From Acidimicrobiales bacterium (lineage in GTDB: Bacteria > Actinomycetota > Acidimicrobiia > Acidimicrobiales > Acidimicrobilacustridaceae), in NCBI GenBank assembly GCA_044350215.1, contig JBILIB010000001.1, positions 1 to 54,407 on the forward strand: a DNA stretch of 54,407 nucleotides, read 5' to 3'. Each line of letters starts with the position of its first letter. Positions within the stretch are counted from its first letter, which is position 1. The notes under the pieces are model-generated. The model was not told the DNA's origin. It did no database searches and was given only the letters and a program-made list of their open reading frames with translations. A program made the position numbers and the translations under genes. Positions 50,476 to 54,407 of the stretch are shown one piece after another.

Positions 50476-52632
50476 TTAGTTGATCAGCGGGTCTCGCGGG
50501 AGTCCGAGGATGCGCTCGCCGATCTGGTTGCGCTTGATCTCTGAAGTTCCGCCGGCAATCGCCAACGCACGATGCATGAGTTGCAATGTGCCACCCATGA
50601 ATCCTTCGTCTTCGAGGTAGACGCCAACAGGGCCAGCGAGTTCGAAAAGAATTGCCGCTGCTTCTTCTGCGTTTTCGGTGAGCAGCAACTTCGTGACCGC
50701 GCCCTCTGGTCCGGGTTCACCACCGGCGACGGCTCGTTGTGCGCTGCGCACATTGAGGGTTTCAGCCGCTTGTGATCGAGCAGTAGCACGACCGATGCGA
50801 CCAGCGCCGCCAGAGAGTCGTTCGGGGTTTGCGTCGTATGGCGCGAGGAACGATGCCGGAGGGATGACCATGGCTCCGTCGCCGCTACCGATGCTCACGC
50901 TTTCGTTACCGAGCGTGCCACGAGCAACAGTCCAGCCGCCGTCGACGGGGCCGACGACATCGTCATCGGGAACGAAGACATCGTTGAAGAACACCTCGTT
51001 GAATTCGGCGCCTCCGTTGACCATGCGCAGCGGGCGAATCTCGACGCCTTCTGCATGCATGTCGACGACCATGCATGTGATGCCCTGATGCTTTGGCACA
51101 TCAGGGTTGGTGCGCACAGTGATGAGGCCAAACGATGCAAGGTGCGCGCCAGTTGTCCATACCTTCTGTCCGTTGATGAGCCAGCCGCCGTCTACTCGCG
51201 TGGCCTTGGTCTTGACGCCAGCGGCATCGGAACCGGCATCGGGCTCGCTGAACAGCTGACACCAGATGAGTTCCTGATTGAGTGCTGGCATGATCCAGCG
51301 GGCGAGCTGGTCGTCATTTGAATGCTGCGTGAGTGTGAGGATGACCCAGCCGGTGATCTGGTAGCCGGGACGCTTTACGCCGGCACGGTTGAACTCTTCT
51401 TCAATGACGAGCTGTTCAACTGCACTGGCAGCACGACCCCACGGCTTTGGCCAATGGGGAACCGCGTAGCCCGATGCGACAAGCGCACGAACGCGTTCAT
51501 TGCCATCAAGATCCTTGACCGCTTCGATTGCAGCACGAGCCTCGGCGCGGAATGCTTCGGCTTCGGGTGGGAGTTCCACGGCCCGGACGATCTTGACGTC
51601 CTTGCGGAGAAGGTTCGCGATATCGATGGCGGCAGCTTCGGCATCTACCAGCGCCTCAATTGCAAGTGCGCGGCGCAGGTAGAGATGAGCGTCGTGTTCC
51701 CATGTGAATCCGATGCCACCGTGCACCTGAATGTTCATCTGCGCATTGCGGTCGCCGGCATGCGATGCAGTGGTCGCTGCCATTGCCGCGGCGTAGGAGA
51801 ACTGATCGCCACCGGCTGCTGCGGAGCGAGCGGCATCCCAAACTTCAGCGGTTGCGATTTCTGTTTCAACAAGCATGTTGGCGCAGTGATGCTTCACAGC
51901 CTGGAACATGGCGATTGCTCGGCCGAACTGCTGACGCTCGCGGGCGTAGTCGGCTGCCATGTCGGTTGTTGCACGAGCCACACCGGTTGCTTCAGCGGCC
52001 AGAAGGAGTCGTGCATAATCAATAAGCGACTGAGCGCCGCCGGGAACGATGATCGCGTCAGCATTGTCGAACGTGACCTGCGCGCTGCGACGGGTGGGGT
52101 CGAGGTTGGTCATCGTGCGAATGTCGATGCCCTTTGCCGTTGCTTCCACGATTGCAAGGTCGTTTCCAACCGTGACGAGGATGAGGTTCGCGAGCGTTGC
52201 GCTGAGCACGCTGCGAGCGGTGCCTGTGATGGTGTTTGACGTTGTGGAAAGTGCGTCGCCGAATCCGATTCCAGCAACCACGCTTCCGTCAGCGAGTCCG
52301 GGGAGCAACTTGGCGGCAACATCGGCTGGGGCGGCAGCAACAATCGCGGCGCTTGCGATGACGGTGGACACAAACGGGCCGGGAGCAAGGCCCGCTCCCA
52401 TTTGCTCAACCACAACAACAAGTTCGGGCATTCCGAAGCCGGAACCGCCGTGCTCTTCAGGAATGTGAAGACCGAGCCATCCGAGTTCGGCAAGCGCGGA
52501 CCAGAAAGAGGGCATTGCCTCGTCCTGGGCTTCGAGCAGTTCGCGAGCTGCGTCACGTGATGCATGGCGTTCGAGGAAATCGGCAGTGACGTCAGCCAGG
52601 GTGCGGTGGTCTTCGGTGATGGCGATCGACAT
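50476..52632 (-). CDS. Two-domain (fused) acyl-CoA dehydrogenase
   Basis: R.QFG, QAVKH, HGGIGFTWEH; WCQLFSEPDAGSD, NGQKVWT, GGTSEIKRNQIGER; GGAG RBS. Confidence 0.93.
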   Translation of the reverse strand: MSIAITEDHRTLADVTADFLERHASRDAARELLEAQDEAMPSFWSALAELGWLGLHIPEEHGGSGFGMPELVVVVEQMGAGLAPGPFVSTVIASAAIVAAAPADVAAKLLPGLADGSVVAGIGFGDALSTTSNTITGTARSVLSATLANLILVTVGNDLAIVEATAKGIDIRTMTNLDPTRRSAQVTFDNADAIIVPGGAQSLIDYARLLLAAEATGVARATTDMAADYARERQQFGRAIAMFQAVKHHCANMLVETEIATAEVWDAARSAAAGGDQFSYAAAMAATTASHAGDRNAQMNIQVHGGIGFTWEHDAHLYLRRALAIEALVDAEAAAIDIANLLRKDVKIVRAVELPPEAEAFRAEARAAIEAVKDLDGNERVRALVASGYAVPHWPKPWGRAASAVEQLVIEEEFNRAGVKRPGYQITGWVILTLTQHSNDDQLARWIMPALNQELIWCQLFSEPDAGSDAAGVKTKATRVDGGWLINGQKVWTTGAHLASFGLITVRTNPDVPKHQGITCMVVDMHAEGVEIRPLRMVNGGAEFNEVFFNDVFVPDDDVVGPVDGGWTVARGTLGNESVSIGSGDGAMVIPPASFLAPYDANPERLSGGAGRIGRATARSQAAETLNVRSAQRAVAGGEPGPEGAVTKLLLTENAEEAAAILFELAGPVGVYLEDEGFMGGTLQLMHRALAIAGGTSEIKRNQIGERILGLPRDPLIN
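50478..50601. repeat. 124-bp perfect direct repeat, copy 2 (3' end of intact gene)
   Basis: Identical to 42724-42847. Confidence 0.97.
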
Positions 52633-52725
52633 TCGGGTGCGCTCCAAAGAGGGAAGTGTGACTGCGGCAGCGTACCCACCCATCGGCGGTTAGGCCTATG
52701 TGGGCGGAGGGGTCAGAATGGCGCC

Positions 52726-53700
52726 ATGAAGACCGATGCGATCATCCACGGGAATCTCGCCGATGCGGCGGCCGCTATTCGGCGGGCAGAGGACGCAGGG
52801 TTTGATGGTGTCGTCGCCGTTGAGATCTCCCACGATCCGTTCCTGCCGCTCACCTTGGGCGCTGCTGCCACTGAAAGGGTTGATCTCATCACGGGCATCG
52901 CTGTCGCCTTTGCCCGCAATCCCATGAACGCGGCGGTGATTGCCAACGACATCAACCGCCTTTCGAACGGACGGTTCATCCTCGGGCTCGGCAGTCAAAT
53001 CAAACCTCACATCACCAAGAGATTTTCGATGCCGTGGTCTGACCCGGCAGCACGTATGCGCGAGTTTGTGCTTGCCATCCGTGCCATTTGGGAATCATGG
53101 AATGAAGGAACGCCACTTGCGTTTCGGGGCGATTACTACCGCCACACGTTGATGACGCCCATGTTTGATCAGGGTCCGAGTGAATGTGGAGATCCGCGCA
53201 TTTTCGTTGCTGCGGTAGGGCCCGGTATGACGGCCGTTGCCGGCGAGGTCGCCGATGGGTTGATGGCACATGGTTTCACCACGCCGAGTTATTTACGTGA
53301 CGTCACGATGGTGAATCTGGCGAAAGGACTTGAACGGTCTGCTCGGTCACGAACCGATGTTGAAGTGACGATCCCGATCATGTCGGCGATAGGCCGAGAC
53401 GATGCCGAGATTGCGCCGAAGTTGGCAGCAGTTCGGCAGCAACTCGCGTTTTATGGTTCGACGCCTGCCTATCGCGGAGTCCTGGAACATCATGGATGGG
53501 GCGATGTTGGTGATGAACTCAATCGACTTTCAAAGCAGGGCGAATGGGTAGCGATGGGCGACTTGATCACTGATGAGATGCTTCAGGAGTTCGCTGTAAT
53601 TGGCGATCTTGAGTCGGTAAGTTCTGAGATCAAGCAAAAATTCGGGGGACTTGTAGATCGCGTCCAGATGGGCCTTAGCGATAAGCCGTTAAAGATCTGA
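52726..53700 (+). CDS. F420-dependent LLM oxidoreductase (TIGR03617-like)
   Basis: HDPFLPL, IAVAFARNPM, LGLGSQIKPHI.KRFSMPW, FYGSTPAY; CAGAAT 6 nt before ATG. Confidence 0.88.
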   Translation: MKTDAIIHGNLADAAAAIRRAEDAGFDGVVAVEISHDPFLPLTLGAAATERVDLITGIAVAFARNPMNAAVIANDINRLSNGRFILGLGSQIKPHITKRFSMPWSDPAARMREFVLAIRAIWESWNEGTPLAFRGDYYRHTLMTPMFDQGPSECGDPRIFVAAVGPGMTAVAGEVADGLMAHGFTTPSYLRDVTMVNLAKGLERSARSRTDVEVTIPIMSAIGRDDAEIAPKLAAVRQQLAFYGSTPAYRGVLEHHGWGDVGDELNRLSKQGEWVAMGDLITDEMLQEFAVIGDLESVSSEIKQKFGGLVDRVQMGLSDKPLKI

Positions 53701-53767
53701 TTCCTCGCTCCGCAGTACGCTCGCGGGAAAGGTGACGGCATCGTCGCCGCTTTGTTGGGGGAATCAA

Positions 53768-54407
53768 GTGAGCGATCGCAATAAATCTGCAGTCGAGCAG
53801 TTCTTTGTCGCTGGACGCGAGGTCGACCGTCTGTCGTTCATGGCCGAAGACATCGAGTGGTGGAACGGTCTTGGAAAGTTTCCCGCTGCGCCAGGACAAA
53901 CGGTGTTTCGTGGCAAAGATGAAGTTGGTGCGCGGATATTGGGTCGGGCGCCTTCTCCGCCGCAACCGAACGGCCGACGAATCGATCGGTATGACTTGTC
54001 GACCATCAGCTTTCACGACGTACACACCATCGCTGATGGGCCGTACGTCTTTCGTCAACATCTCTACAAGGCGACGACCATCGGCGGTAAGCCCTACGAA
54101 AACGTCTACGGGTTTCTCTTTCGCTTCACCGAAGACGGTCTCATCGACCGAATCTGGGAACACTGGGGAACGTTGAACGCTTACGAAACATTGTTTCAGG
54201 GTCCGCTTGTCGTTCATGACCCCGACGAGATCCTGATGACGACGCCGTCGGTTCGGCAACGGCTTGATCTCGAACGTTCGGTTGACCGCGATGTCATTGC
54301 CGAGTGCATGGAGATTGCGGTTCACGCGCCCAATGGGTCAAACCAGCAGCCATATCGATTCGTTTTTGTTGACGACGATGAAACCAAAGCCAAACTCGCA
54401 GCGATCT
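53768..54407 (+). CDS. NTF2/SnoaL domain fused to nitroreductase domain (3' partial)
   Basis: Not in ORF track. Hand translation open to window end: ...MAEDIEWW...GKPYENVYGFLFRF...IDRIWEHW, then DEILMTTPSVRQRLDLER...HAPNGSNQQPYRFVFV. Confidence 0.82.
   Translation, partial: MSDRNKSAVEQFFVAGREVDRLSFMAEDIEWWNGLGKFPAAPGQTVFRGKDEVGARILGRAPSPPQPNGRRIDRYDLSTISFHDVHTIADGPYVFRQHLYKATTIGGKPYENVYGFLFRFTEDGLIDRIWEHWGTLNAYETLFQGPLVVHDPDEILMTTPSVRQRLDLERSVDRDVIAECMEIAVHAPNGSNQQPYRFVFVDDDETKAKLAAI

Larger units (their letters stand above)
37857..50477. mobile_element. Composite integrase-less genomic island between tRNA-Leu and acyl-CoA dehydrogenase (two tandem cassettes)
   Basis: Internal junction 42722-42915 duplicates both flanking anchors; truncated gene at ~39.0 kb; accessory content. 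Confidence 0.65.

Overview
Chromosomal window of an actinobacterium, most likely Acidimicrobiia. This is inferred from gene order, many leaderless TANNNT promoters, an Rpf, bS22 and an F420-type LLM. Left to right: a lipid/CoA-catabolism block (1-4.3 kb), then a housekeeping stretch (metG-tatD-rpf-rsmA-ispE, bS22, tRNA-Gln, truncated glmU-prs-rplY-pth, KimA-like APC transporter, mfd, PPIase, mazG, eno-ftsB). A form II cox/xanthine-dehydrogenase-family cluster is wedged between ftsB and DUF501-ppx. Next come a GNAT, an MFS, and an Fe-S Cas4/AddB-like nuclease with a perfect PafBC (RecA-NDp) promoter. A composite variable region lies between tRNA-Leu(TAA) and an acyl-CoA dehydrogenase gene. It holds two cassettes in tandem, and their junction is a perfect 124-bp copy of the dehydrogenase 3' end followed by a diverged 3' fragment of tRNA-Leu; no integrase is present. 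Cassette A carries a GT-like gene, a truncated EEP phosphatase and a compact sulfoquinovose-monooxygenase module (GH188 SqgA-like, SmoB-like, SmoC-like) on a bidirectional leaderless promoter. Cassette B carries an AftD-like GT-C, GT4, GT2 and two methyltransferases. The window ends in an NTF2/SnoaL-nitroreductase fusion. All family calls come from motif recognition by eye; no database searches were run.
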